In this document: positions 51,877 through 60,882 of the stretch, piece by piece | How positions within the stretch are numbered: the stretch's first letter is position 1 | Layout: every line of letters begins with the position of its first letter | Source of the DNA: Candidatus Poribacteria bacterium | GTDB lineage: Bacteria > Poribacteria > WGA-4E > WGA-3G | Length of the DNA: 64,000 nt | Direction: 5' to 3' | NCBI GenBank assembly: GCA_965215265.1 | Contig: OZ244048.1 | Location: 4,736,001 to 4,800,000, forward strand | Translations under genes and position numbers: made by a program | The notes under the pieces: model-generated | Told to the model about the DNA's origin: nothing | The model's database searches: none | Seen by the model: only the letters and a program-made list of their open reading frames with translations

Positions 51877-51997
51877 GAAAAGAAAAGAGCCGAAAAGCAC
51901 GGCACTCTGAAACGAACGGTGTAACATCTATCTCGTCAGAGCCACCGTGCCCATTTCCGCTGATAAATTCACCTTCAGGCTTGTAAGGAAACACATC

Positions 51998-52984
51998 ATG
52001 GACTATGTGAATTTTGGAAAAGCAGGACTCAAAGTGAGTCCGATTGCATTGGGATTAGGATTGAGAGGACAACGCGACGAGAAAACTGCCCAACGCCTCA
52101 TCGAACACGCCATCCATTCCGGTATCAACTTCATCGATTGTGCAAATATCTACGGACCGATGGATGATAGAGCTAACATCGGACGTTCCGAAGTTGTGCT
52201 CGGTAAAGCCATCCGTGGAAAACGGGACGATGTCGTTATTACCTCTAAGGTGTTCAGCCAAATTGGACCAGGCCCCAACGACCAGGGCCTGTCACGCTAT
52301 CATATCATGCGCGAGGTCGAACGTTCACTATCCCGCCTCAACACCGACCATATTGATGTCTATCTCATCCACGCCCCGGATGCCGATACGCCGCAAGAAG
52401 AAACAATTCGTGCGATGGACGACCTGGTTCATTCTGGTAAGGTGCGATATGTTGGATGCTGTAATCATCAGGCATGGCAGCTGTGTAAAGCACTCTGGAT
52501 CGCGGATAGAATTAACGCAACACCGTATATGTGTGTGCAGAATATGTATAACCTGCTGAATCGAGACCTAGAGAGTGATATGTTTGGTTTGGTACGCGAG
52601 GAAGGACTTGGGGTAATGTGTTATAGCCCATTAGCAGTAGGCTTGCTAAGCGGTGTCTATGCTCCGGATGAACCGCCGCCTGCAGGTACGTTATGGGCAA
52701 CGCGCTATCGCGATGAATTTGAGCACAGAATGAGGGGTGCAGCTGGACAAGTCGTGGCAACGTTAAAACGGCTCGCAAGCGAATTAGGCAAAACGCCAGC
52801 CCAGCTTGCTGTGTCATGGGTGCTCTCGCATCCAGAAGTCACCGTAGCCATCAGCGGAAGCGATACCGTTGAACAACTCGACGATACCCTGGGGGGCATC
52901 GGCTGGGAATTGGATGCCGAAATCCGTGAGGAATTGGATGCCGTGTCTACGTCCTTCGTCCGTCTAGTCCCACAACCTTTTTAA
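51998..52984 (+). CDS. Aldo/keto reductase
   Basis: GLKVSPIALG, DCANIYG, SLSRLNTDHID, GKVRYVG, YSPLAVGLLSG, TPAQLA. Confidence 0.94.
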   Translation: MDYVNFGKAGLKVSPIALGLGLRGQRDEKTAQRLIEHAIHSGINFIDCANIYGPMDDRANIGRSEVVLGKAIRGKRDDVVITSKVFSQIGPGPNDQGLSRYHIMREVERSLSRLNTDHIDVYLIHAPDADTPQEETIRAMDDLVHSGKVRYVGCCNHQAWQLCKALWIADRINATPYMCVQNMYNLLNRDLESDMFGLVREEGLGVMCYSPLAVGLLSGVYAPDEPPPAGTLWATRYRDEFEHRMRGAAGQVVATLKRLASELGKTPAQLAVSWVLSHPEVTVAISGSDTVEQLDDTLGGIGWELDAEIREELDAVSTSFVRLVPQPF

Positions 52985-53002
52985 TCGTCTTTAATCGTCG
53001 GA

Positions 53003-53038
53003 TATGGTAGGACGAGGGTTCCGCCGCATCCTACCATA
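53003..53038. repeat. GGTAGG/CCTACC palindrome (REP-like or terminator)
   Basis: TATGGTAGGA-16nt-TCCTACCATA between convergent genes. Confidence 0.55.
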
Positions 53039-53056
53039 CCCAATTCCGTTGCAGGA

Positions 53057-54259
53057 TTACTCCACCGTTTGAAACTGCTCCCAGGTATCCCCAGCCGCCG
53101 CTGCATGACGTTCTAATTCAGTCTGCCATCCGACGACATGCCCGGCTTTAATCTGCTTGATATCATACCCGGCGTAGCGGTCTTCCAGTGTATCGCCCAG
53201 TTTCTGCGTTGCGGCCCAGCGGTCCCAAGCGACTTTCATCCAGTCGTAAGGCAGCGCTTCGCGCACCGCGAGGTCCAGTTGCCATGCGTGCCGTGCGTCT
53301 GCAACTGAAGGTGCCTCGGTAGGCGGCCCCGACCACTTTGACCAGCCGATGGACAGCGTGTTGCGTTCTCTCTCCGGCACGGTGTGGCCCGTGTGAATTG
53401 TCGCCCCATTGCGGATAAGCGCCTCTCCTGCCTTCAGCCGGATGGCTACCTGCCCTGGCAGCGAAGATTCGCCGTCCCAGCTCGGTGTATACGGTATACC
53501 CTGGTCTTTCATCGCCTTCGGCAGTAGCACATCATGCTCAAACGGTGTACGCCATCGACTATGGCTACCAGGGATAAGCTCATGACATTCGTCATCAGTA
53601 AGAGCTAGGAACATGCTCACGCCGTTACGCTCCGTGATAGACTTCTTGTTGCGTTCCTGTATCTCTTTCCAGCGAATTCGTTCGATTTCTTCAGTATAAG
53701 CCTCGGGCCCGTCTCCGCGGATCTCCCGTTGTGCAAAGTAACCTTTTCCAGTACCCCACCATGTCACGTCCCTGTGCCAGCCGAGTTTATTCTCATTCTT
53801 ACGCGGATTGCACCAGAGGAGCATCCCGCTCAACGTCAAGTCCTCAGGGCTGAGCCCATTACACCACGCATGAACGAAATTGAGGAACTCGTCCGAACCG
53901 TGGAATTCGGAGAAACAGGGTTCATTGAAAGCAGGATGAATCAGCCCGCGGATCGCCCACGGTTCATCAGCCCCTGCACGATGCACGTAACCTTTTGAAC
54001 AGTCGATTTTGCTATAGCCGTTCTCCGGTGCGCACGCCTGCGTAACCCGGCGGCCCGCCTCACGCAGAATCGGAATCCAAGGACTATTTACAAAGTCGTT
54101 GATAATCACGAAACCGTGCTCCTTCAAATGAGCAAGCCGCTCCGGCGTGCACCCAGGTGTCGAAATCTCAGCCTTGAAATCTGCAAACGCCTCAGCACGG
54201 TAACTCTGCCCGACCTGTTCTGATGCTGCTGCCGATGATTCATTCATGTTCATTGTCAA
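53057..54259 (-). CDS. PhyH-like dioxygenase / hypothetical protein
   Basis: LKEHGFVII, LGWHRD (HxD), LIPGSHSR, LKAGEA...IHTG. Confidence 0.7.
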   Translation of the reverse strand: MTMNMNESSAAASEQVGQSYRAEAFADFKAEISTPGCTPERLAHLKEHGFVIINDFVNSPWIPILREAGRRVTQACAPENGYSKIDCSKGYVHRAGADEPWAIRGLIHPAFNEPCFSEFHGSDEFLNFVHAWCNGLSPEDLTLSGMLLWCNPRKNENKLGWHRDVTWWGTGKGYFAQREIRGDGPEAYTEEIERIRWKEIQERNKKSITERNGVSMFLALTDDECHELIPGSHSRWRTPFEHDVLLPKAMKDQGIPYTPSWDGESSLPGQVAIRLKAGEALIRNGATIHTGHTVPERERNTLSIGWSKWSGPPTEAPSVADARHAWQLDLAVREALPYDWMKVAWDRWAATQKLGDTLEDRYAGYDIKQIKAGHVVGWQTELERHAAAAGDTWEQFQTVE

Positions 54260-54551
54260 TTCCTCTCAAAAATTCGGAGCCAAACAGACTCCCAGCTCTA
54301 GTATGAACCTTGATTAACCACTTTTTTTAGACATATTCGTAGATACTATGGCATAACATCGCAATTTTGTCAAAATTTTGTCAAAGGTTTCGTTATTCTA
54401 GCGTCATCTCATTTTCGACATTCGAGTGTTCTCGCATCTACGATAATTTCGCTGATCTTTATCTCCTTAATCCAACTGCCCAACCCTCGCAATAGAAATT
54501 GACATGAGAACGCGAATCGTAGAACGCTTTTAACTCTGAACACTTCCGATT

Positions 54552-55589
54552 CTAATGCATCTCAATTGAGAGAATATAACTCAGAATTGTCACTAGAAGC
54601 CACGTCCCGACTAACACGAACCCAAATGGGCGTTTCAATTGCGTCCCGGAGACGAAGAGCCCGACCCGGAAAACAATCAGGATAAACAGCATCGCCGGAA
54701 ATAGGAATTGGAAAAACTGCCCATCTGCCTTTAAGCCTCCTTGCGTGGCAGCCGTTGAAACCCCTGCAACAAAGAGAACGTTTAGAATATCTGCCCCGAT
54801 AATGTTACCAACGGCTAATTCGCCATGCCCGCGCCGCACCGCCGTAATCGCCGTCACCAATTCCGGAAGGGACGTGCCGAACGCAACCAACGTAGCAGAG
54901 ATGATGTGTTGTGGTACCCCTATTCTTTCCGCTAATAGGCTTACAGCCGGAATCAGAATTTGGGCCGAGATAACAATAATTGCAATCGCAAGAATCAATT
55001 TAACGAGCGTAACAAACGCACTCGATGCCTCAGCATCTGTCTCTGCTTCACTCTCCGCATTTGCACCGATTGACCTTGCCCATCGGATCGACTGCCAGAC
55101 ATAAAGCCCCAACAAAACTACAAAAACGAACCCAATTAATTGCGGGAACGCCCCGCCTTCACTAAAAACCTTCGCCGGCGATGTCCAAGGGAAGCATCCA
55201 AGCACCAACAGAATTCCCGCCCCGACCTGCACGTTTGACAACTTTGAAGCTAACGCCCTATTGAACTGTAACGGGGCGATTAGCGATGCAAGACCGAGGA
55301 TAAGCCCCGTGTCACAAATAATCGAACCGACCGCGTTCCCGAGCGCGAGCCCCGGACGGCCCTGAATCGCTGAAAGCACGGAGACAGCCGCCTCCGGTGT
55401 CGTTGTACCGATGCTGACAATTGTCGCACCAATAACCGCTTTTCCTAAACCCCATCGGCTTGATAGGACAACCGCCTCATCAACAAGCCAATCCGCACCC
55501 TTTCCTAATGTATAAAGTGTTACCACAATCATAATTAACAGAAACGGACTGGCTAAACCCTCAATCAATTTTGTAATCCATTCTTCCAT
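54552..55589 (-). CDS. Calcium/sodium antiporter (YrbG family)
   Basis: IGATIVSIGTTTPE, GNAVGS, VAFGTSLPEL, AVGNIIGADILN. Confidence 0.93.
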   Translation of the reverse strand: MEEWITKLIEGLASPFLLIMIVVTLYTLGKGADWLVDEAVVLSSRWGLGKAVIGATIVSIGTTTPEAAVSVLSAIQGRPGLALGNAVGSIICDTGLILGLASLIAPLQFNRALASKLSNVQVGAGILLVLGCFPWTSPAKVFSEGGAFPQLIGFVFVVLLGLYVWQSIRWARSIGANAESEAETDAEASSAFVTLVKLILAIAIIVISAQILIPAVSLLAERIGVPQHIISATLVAFGTSLPELVTAITAVRRGHGELAVGNIIGADILNVLFVAGVSTAATQGGLKADGQFFQFLFPAMLFILIVFRVGLFVSGTQLKRPFGFVLVGTWLLVTILSYILSIEMH

Positions 55590-55904
55590 AAACTGTTCCT
55601 TTCAATTGCGCCATTTTAGATAAATAGATTACCATACATACCCAATAAAGTCAAACAGTTTTTAGTATATTTCAGCACAGCAAAGACGGATTTGAGGATT
55701 CTGAGATTTAGATTCAATACATCGAATGGCTCTGGCGAGGGTTGTAAAGCACTAAACATTACAACTGCCTTTATTGGGCTAAAAGAGGCGAAAAAAGCGA
55801 CGGATATCAAAAATAATTTGACATGCCGCGGCACGATGTGATATATTCTCAAACTCAGGTTACAATTCACAATTTACAATAGATTTATTGAAAGACAATT
55901 AACT

Positions 55905-56879
55905 ATGGCCGTTAAAACACTATTTACAAAAGATGACTTTATAACGATCCTTTCAAAGTACCGCCTCGGAGATTTCATCAGGTTTGAACCGCTTGTAGCT
56001 GGCACAGTGCAGACAAATTTCTTATTGCAGACGACACAGGGCACGTTTGTATTTCGCTACTACGAAAACCGCTCAAAAAAGTCAGTGCAGTTTGAAAGCA
56101 GTTTGATGAAGTATTTACATCAGAAGCGTTATCCATGTCCTGCTCAGTTTAAGAATAAGGATGGCGTATATGTCGGCGGATATAAAAGAAAGCCTTTCGT
56201 GATTTTTGAATTTGTGGCAGGAGAACATATACCAAATCCTAATCACGAACAGAAACAGCAGCTTATACAAAAAGTTGCCCAACTTCATCACCTTACTCAA
56301 GGGTTTCAACCCAGAAATATAGATAAGCGATTGAATTATACAGTTGAAAATTGCAGAAATCTCGCACATAAACAAGCAAAAAGTGTTGGAACGATAGATG
56401 CACAAGCGAAGTTGAAATGGTTCGAAAATGAATTAATCACGTTGTCTTTACCGGCAGCTTTACCCAGAGGGGTTTGTCACTGTGACTTTCATTCCTCCAA
56501 TGTGCTTTTTAAAAACGGTGAATTCAAGGCACTTATAGATTTTGATGATGCTAACTATACATACCTGAGCTATGATTTGGCTGCATTACTGAATCCTTTT
56601 GTTCGTTCTTTTAAATGGGATACGTGGTTTAATTTTGGAAAAGATGAGGATATTTTTGACTTTGGAGAAGCGCAAGAAACAGTCGCGGAGTATATAAAGC
56701 ATAGAGTACTCAGTAGCGTAGAGAAGGAACATCTGTTTGATGTATTTAAACTGAGCATTATGTTTGATTGCGTTTGGTACTACGACAGAGGGGATGCAGA
56801 AGACTTTTTTGAAAAGAGAAAAATCGATGCCTTGAACTCGCTTGGACGAAAACCGTTTTATAATTTGGTATTTTTCTGA
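55905..56879 (+). CDS. Homoserine kinase type II / APH-like phosphotransferase
   Basis: GTVQTNF, LPRGVCHCDFHSSNVLF, LIDFDDA, YDLA; visibly AT-rich; TTGACA-18nt-TATATT upstream at 55818. Confidence 0.8.
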   Translation: MAVKTLFTKDDFITILSKYRLGDFIRFEPLVAGTVQTNFLLQTTQGTFVFRYYENRSKKSVQFESSLMKYLHQKRYPCPAQFKNKDGVYVGGYKRKPFVIFEFVAGEHIPNPNHEQKQQLIQKVAQLHHLTQGFQPRNIDKRLNYTVENCRNLAHKQAKSVGTIDAQAKLKWFENELITLSLPAALPRGVCHCDFHSSNVLFKNGEFKALIDFDDANYTYLSYDLAALLNPFVRSFKWDTWFNFGKDEDIFDFGEAQETVAEYIKHRVLSSVEKEHLFDVFKLSIMFDCVWYYDRGDAEDFFEKRKIDALNSLGRKPFYNLVFF

Positions 56880-56982
56880 GGAATTCACTTTTTTGTCTAT
56901 TTGAGTCCATCAACGTCTGATGTTTTGATAACCCTTGTACAAATCTCGCCAGAGCCTATCTCTGTTTTGCATTGTCTTATGC

Positions 56983-57074
56983 GCTGAAAGAGACCAAAAA
57001 ACCGTCGGTGACGTGCTGAAAGAGACGAAAAATCTGAAAAAAGACTTGACAAAAAACGTTGATTGTGTTATACT
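56983..57074 (+). promoter_or_regulatory. Near-consensus promoter preceded by two 18-bp direct repeats
   Basis: GCTGAAAGAGAC(C/G)AAAAA at 56983 and 57015; TTGACA(57046)-17nt-TATACT(57069) with TG extension. Confidence 0.7.
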
Positions 57075-57793
57075 ATAAAATACGCTTTGAGTCAGGCAAA
57101 AAGAAAGTTTGACAAAAAGTGTTGGTTTCTAATAAACTGCATTCACTAGAATCAGAACAAGGGAAAATAGAACAGATGAAACACCGAGAGTCCGTTTACC
57201 CCATAAGCAGAGTGCCTGGCCCCGTGTTGCGGGTTTGTAGTTTTGGCACGAACGCGTGCGTATGCCGTGCTGTCGTGTGTTTTAAGTCCCAGTTAAGACG
57301 ATTGACCCCCCCCTAACTTCAAGTACGTTAACCCTTTTATTAACTCAGGCAGCATCTACATCAACCTTCGTTGCTGCTTTCTCACGCCTGCACGCCTCCC
57401 GTCTCGGACGGTGGAGGCCGTTGCAGGCTTTTTTTCTGATGCATGCGGCGTTCAGTTGCAGGGCCCCCGGGCACCTGCGTGCGGACCCAGTTGGCTTATG
57501 CCAACGGTGCCGGTATGCCAGTCGCCTCAACTCCTTACCTGATAACACAAGTGCACTCACTCCTTCTTCTGTCTTTCGCGCGTTTATGAAAGACAGCCAT
57601 AAGTGCACTTATGTTAACTTCTCCGTGTTTGGGCGGGGTTCCGGCTGCCTCTGTGCGCCGACCCGCCCGCCATCAAACCGATAACTCTTTATGAACCTAA
57701 CCGGTGCGATAACCGCATCGACAACGGACACATTGTCCGAAAGGATATTTTGAAATGAAAGATTGGAAGAACGCGAAAAAAGGCATCGTGGTA

Positions 57794-59305
57794 ATGAATA
57801 GAAAGTTTGTATCGATTTTGAGCGTGTTGTTTGCGGCGGTCCTCTGCGTTTCCATAGCGGGCTGTGAACGTATAAATAAACCTGCGATGGATGTAGTAGT
57901 GCCACCGGCCGACGAAACCCCGGAGCCGGTTAATGGTTTACTTACCGAGCTATATATTCCCGGTGGCGTGCTTAAGAGGCTACCAGATTTCGACACGATA
58001 ACGCCGGTTCGAACTTTGACCGCAGCGAATATAGATTTTCCTACGAGAGATTATACACAAGGCATTCCTGAACTGGGAATAGCTCTGCGTGAAGATTTCG
58101 CGATTCGGTTTCGCGGGCGGCTGATGGTTGAAACCGCCGGCAGCCACAACTTTAAAATTCGTTCCGATGATGGTGCTCAGTTATATATCAATGGAGGGCT
58201 TATCGTAGATAATGATGGGCTTCAAGGTTCGACAACTGCACAAGGGAGCGCGAGGCTCACGACAGGATTGCACGATGTCGAAATTCGGTATTTCCAAGGC
58301 CCCCTTTTCCAGCTAGGGCTGCAATGGTTTTGGGAGCCTCCCGGAGGGCCAGAACAGATTGTTCCACCAGAAGTGCTTTATGCGCCCGGTGATGACACAG
58401 TAGTGCCGCCCGTAGCGCCGCTGGTCGTAGACACTACGCCGCCGCCAGTCACCACCGCGCCGCCCGCAGGCATGGCACTCATCCCCGCTGGCGACTTCCA
58501 GATGGGCAGTGAGGATGCTGATGCCCGGGATGACGAGCAGCCTGTGCATACAGTGCATGTGGACGCGTTCTATATGGACACGCACGAAGTGACGAACGCC
58601 GAGTATAAAAGTTTTGTGCTGGCAAACCCCGAGTGGCAGAAGACGCGGATTCCGGATGCACTCCACAATGGTAATTATCTAAACCATTGGGACGGTAATA
58701 ACTATCCAGTGGGTAAGGGGGACCATCCTGTGATGAATGTGTCGTGGTATGGTGCGATGGCGTATGCTGCGTGGGCAGGGAAGCGTCTTCCAACGGAGGC
58801 GGAGTGGGAGAAAGCGGCACGCGGTGGGTTAGTAGGTAAGAGATACCCGTGGGGGGACACGATAACGCCGAACGATGCGAACTACGGTAATAATGTAGGC
58901 GGTACAACGGCTGTGGGGAGTTATGCTGCGAACGGATATGGGCTATATGACATGGCCGGCAACGTGTGGGAGTGGTGTCTTGATGAGTGGGATGCGAATT
59001 TCTATGCTAATTCTCCATCTCGGAATCCGTTGAGTGGGGTGAGTGGCGGAACGATAGCGAATGTGGATGAGATTGTAGATAACTACACAAATGTTACCTA
59101 TTCTCGCGTGTTGCGCGGCGGTGGCTGGAACAATAATACACGCTACCTGCGCGCCGCTAATCGCTGCGGGAGTGCACCAACGTTCACGACGACTTCCTCT
59201 ACGGGTTCCGGTGTGCGAGGGCTGTTACTCCTTAAATCTTTACCCCTTTACCCCTTCCGATCTGCGTGCAGATCGGGTCGGCATAATTTATTAACTAATA
59301 GTTAA
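57794..59305 (+). CDS. Lipoprotein: PA14 domain, Pro/Thr linker, FGE-sulfatase (C-type lectin fold) domain; frameshift at ~59189 displaces the native C-terminus (stop 59235)
   Basis: Lipobox IAGC; SDDGAQLYING..VDNDG (PA14); FQMGS, HEVTNAEY, KRLPTEAEWEKAARGG, NGYGLYDMAGNVWEW, RVLRGGGW; GFRCARAVTP* lies in another frame. Confidence 0.88.
   Translation: MNRKFVSILSVLFAAVLCVSIAGCERINKPAMDVVVPPADETPEPVNGLLTELYIPGGVLKRLPDFDTITPVRTLTAANIDFPTRDYTQGIPELGIALREDFAIRFRGRLMVETAGSHNFKIRSDDGAQLYINGGLIVDNDGLQGSTTAQGSARLTTGLHDVEIRYFQGPLFQLGLQWFWEPPGGPEQIVPPEVLYAPGDDTVVPPVAPLVVDTTPPPVTTAPPAGMALIPAGDFQMGSEDADARDDEQPVHTVHVDAFYMDTHEVTNAEYKSFVLANPEWQKTRIPDALHNGNYLNHWDGNNYPVGKGDHPVMNVSWYGAMAYAAWAGKRLPTEAEWEKAARGGLVGKRYPWGDTITPNDANYGNNVGGTTAVGSYAANGYGLYDMAGNVWEWCLDEWDANFYANSPSRNPLSGVSGGTIANVDEIVDNYTNVTYSRVLRGGGWNNNTRYLRAANRCGSAPTFTTTSSTGSGVRGLLLLKSLPLYPFRSACRSGRHNLLTNS
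59105..59276 (+). mobile_element. Putative DGR variable region (VR) with downstream IMH-like tract and hairpin
   Basis: NNC/NNT codons at CLec variable positions; TTTACCCC tandem; CCGATCTGC-GT-GCAGATCGG at 59257-59276. Confidence 0.7.
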
Positions 59306-59440
59306 AAAAGCGTTATAAATAGGGTAAAATATTAACTATCTGTTAATTATCTGCTTATTTTTTGCTTGGTGCGTGCTGAACCCGGTTCGGTTTTGTGCTG
59401 GGCCAAACCGTATCTTGTCCGGCTCGTTTTATGCGCAGCG

Positions 59441-59591
59441 AAAGATAAAAGCAGAGGTGTGATGGTGAGTCGGCCGTGTGCCGAATGCTATCACACCTCT
59501 TTCTCTTTTTTCTCAGCCTGATTTATCTCTGCTTGAAAATGATTCCCTGATGTGTTATCATAAATAAAAAGTATAAGTTTTGAGAAAAAAG
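59441..59591 (+). repeat. Direct repeat copy 1: terminator hairpin plus promoter module
   Basis: AGAGGTGTGATGG...CTATCACACCTCT + T-rich tail; TTGAAA(59533)-17nt-TATCAT; near-identical to 60883-61050. Confidence 0.9.
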
Positions 59592-59624
59592 CACTTGACA
59601 ACTGATACGTTTTAGGAGTCTAAT

Positions 59625-60749
59625 ATGCAGAAGAAGGACATCCACGACTTTTTGTCCGAGATGTCTGTTTCGAACTTTTCGGATCGGAGCATACGCCGTT
59701 TATTAGAAAATACGGAAAACGTCCGGGGCTTGTTAGAAATCGTGTCGGCAGAACTCGCCGAACTGATTGACTTTGAGCATCTGGTTCTAATCAATAGGAG
59801 CCTGCTGCCCGCCACTCTCCGAGAACAAGAGGCAGACATTGTATATCGGGTGCCCTTCAAAAGTGATGGTGATGAGGGTGCGGCAGAGCTGCTCCTCTAT
59901 CTGCTGATTGAACATCAATCGACGGTAGATGCGACGATGGGATTTCGTGTGCTTTTCTACATGATGCTAATTTGGGACGCAGAGCGGCGGCGGTGGGCGG
60001 CAGAGAAGATGCCGAGAAGAGAGCGTGTATTGCCGCCGATTCTGCCCGTGGTGTTTTACACGGGGGAGCGGCGGTGGGAGAAGCCTCTGACACTTGAGGC
60101 GATGATGAATCTGCCTGCGGCGCTCTCTCGATTCGTTCCGAGATTTGACATCCTGTTTCTGAATCTGACAGGCACAGACAAGGCGACGCTGACAGAGGCG
60201 GCGCATCCATTCGGGTGGCTGATGAGAGTGCTGCAACAAGGAGATGCGGACAAAGCGTCTATAAGCCGTGCCTTAGTGGAGACGTTGACGCAGTTGGCGG
60301 CGCTTGATGCGGCGGATTCGGGGCAGCGTAGGGAAGCGATAATGTATCTGGTATCGCTGATTGTGCATCGGCGTTCAAAGGAAGAGCAAGAAGAGTTGAT
60401 AGAGCTGGTAGCCCGGCATACGAGTGACATGGAGGTAGCACCGATGGCAGAGACAATGGCCGAATTCCTCTTAGAACGAGGCATAGCACAAGGCATAGAA
60501 CGAGGCATAGAACAAGGGCGAGAAGAAGGGCGAGAAGAAGGGCGAGAAGAAGGGATTGAGCGAGGGGCGTGCCAGAATGCTATCAAAAATATAACCGCCG
60601 TCCTCAATGCGCGATTCCCTCATTGTGACATACACACTGCCACGCAGAAACTCGAAACGCTTTCTGACCTCGAACACCTCGAGCACCTGCTGCTGACAGC
60701 CGTCAAAGCCGATAGCTTTCAAGCATTCCTACAGGCTTTAGAACTATAG
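59625..60749 (+). CDS. Rpn/YhgA-like recombination-promoting nuclease (PD-(D/E)XK, transposase_31 family)
   Basis: EADIVYRV, YLLIEHQSTVD..MGFRVL.YM, LPPILPVVFYTGERRW, G(R/I)E(E/Q)G repeats; AGGAG RBS. Confidence 0.9.
   Translation: MQKKDIHDFLSEMSVSNFSDRSIRRLLENTENVRGLLEIVSAELAELIDFEHLVLINRSLLPATLREQEADIVYRVPFKSDGDEGAAELLLYLLIEHQSTVDATMGFRVLFYMMLIWDAERRRWAAEKMPRRERVLPPILPVVFYTGERRWEKPLTLEAMMNLPAALSRFVPRFDILFLNLTGTDKATLTEAAHPFGWLMRVLQQGDADKASISRALVETLTQLAALDAADSGQRREAIMYLVSLIVHRRSKEEQEELIELVARHTSDMEVAPMAETMAEFLLERGIAQGIERGIEQGREEGREEGREEGIERGACQNAIKNITAVLNARFPHCDIHTATQKLETLSDLEHLEHLLLTAVKADSFQAFLQALEL
60444..60749 (+). CDS. Putative in-frame small C-terminal protein (RpnS-like antitoxin), 101 aa
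   Basis: GGAGGT at 60431-60436, 7 nt before in-frame ATG 60444 (MAETMAEFLLERG...). Confidence 0.65.
   Translation: MAETMAEFLLERGIAQGIERGIEQGREEGREEGREEGIERGACQNAIKNITAVLNARFPHCDIHTATQKLETLSDLEHLEHLLLTAVKADSFQAFLQALEL
60476..60566 (+). repeat. 12-bp coding tandem repeats (GIAQ/GIER/GREE)
   Basis: (GGGCGAGAAGAA)x3 preceded by GGCATAG(C/A)AC.A units. Confidence 0.85.
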
Positions 60750-60882
60750 AAACGCATGCACCGAACGCCATGGCCGGCACCGGGCTGCTCTTGTCGGGGT
60801 GTCAGGTAGGAACCCTACCGTTATTATGCCCTCTGACAAGCGGAGCATGGAAGGTTGCGTACTATACCGTGTGAGATGAACT

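Noticed and set aside
57626-57645. TTTGGGCGGG match to the 23-nt short spacer
   Set aside because: Only 10 contiguous nt, expected by chance in 64 kb
57080-57790. Possible DGR template repeat upstream of the FGE gene
   Set aside because: No AAC-rich copy of the 59105-59235 region was seen on either strand here or elsewhere in the window
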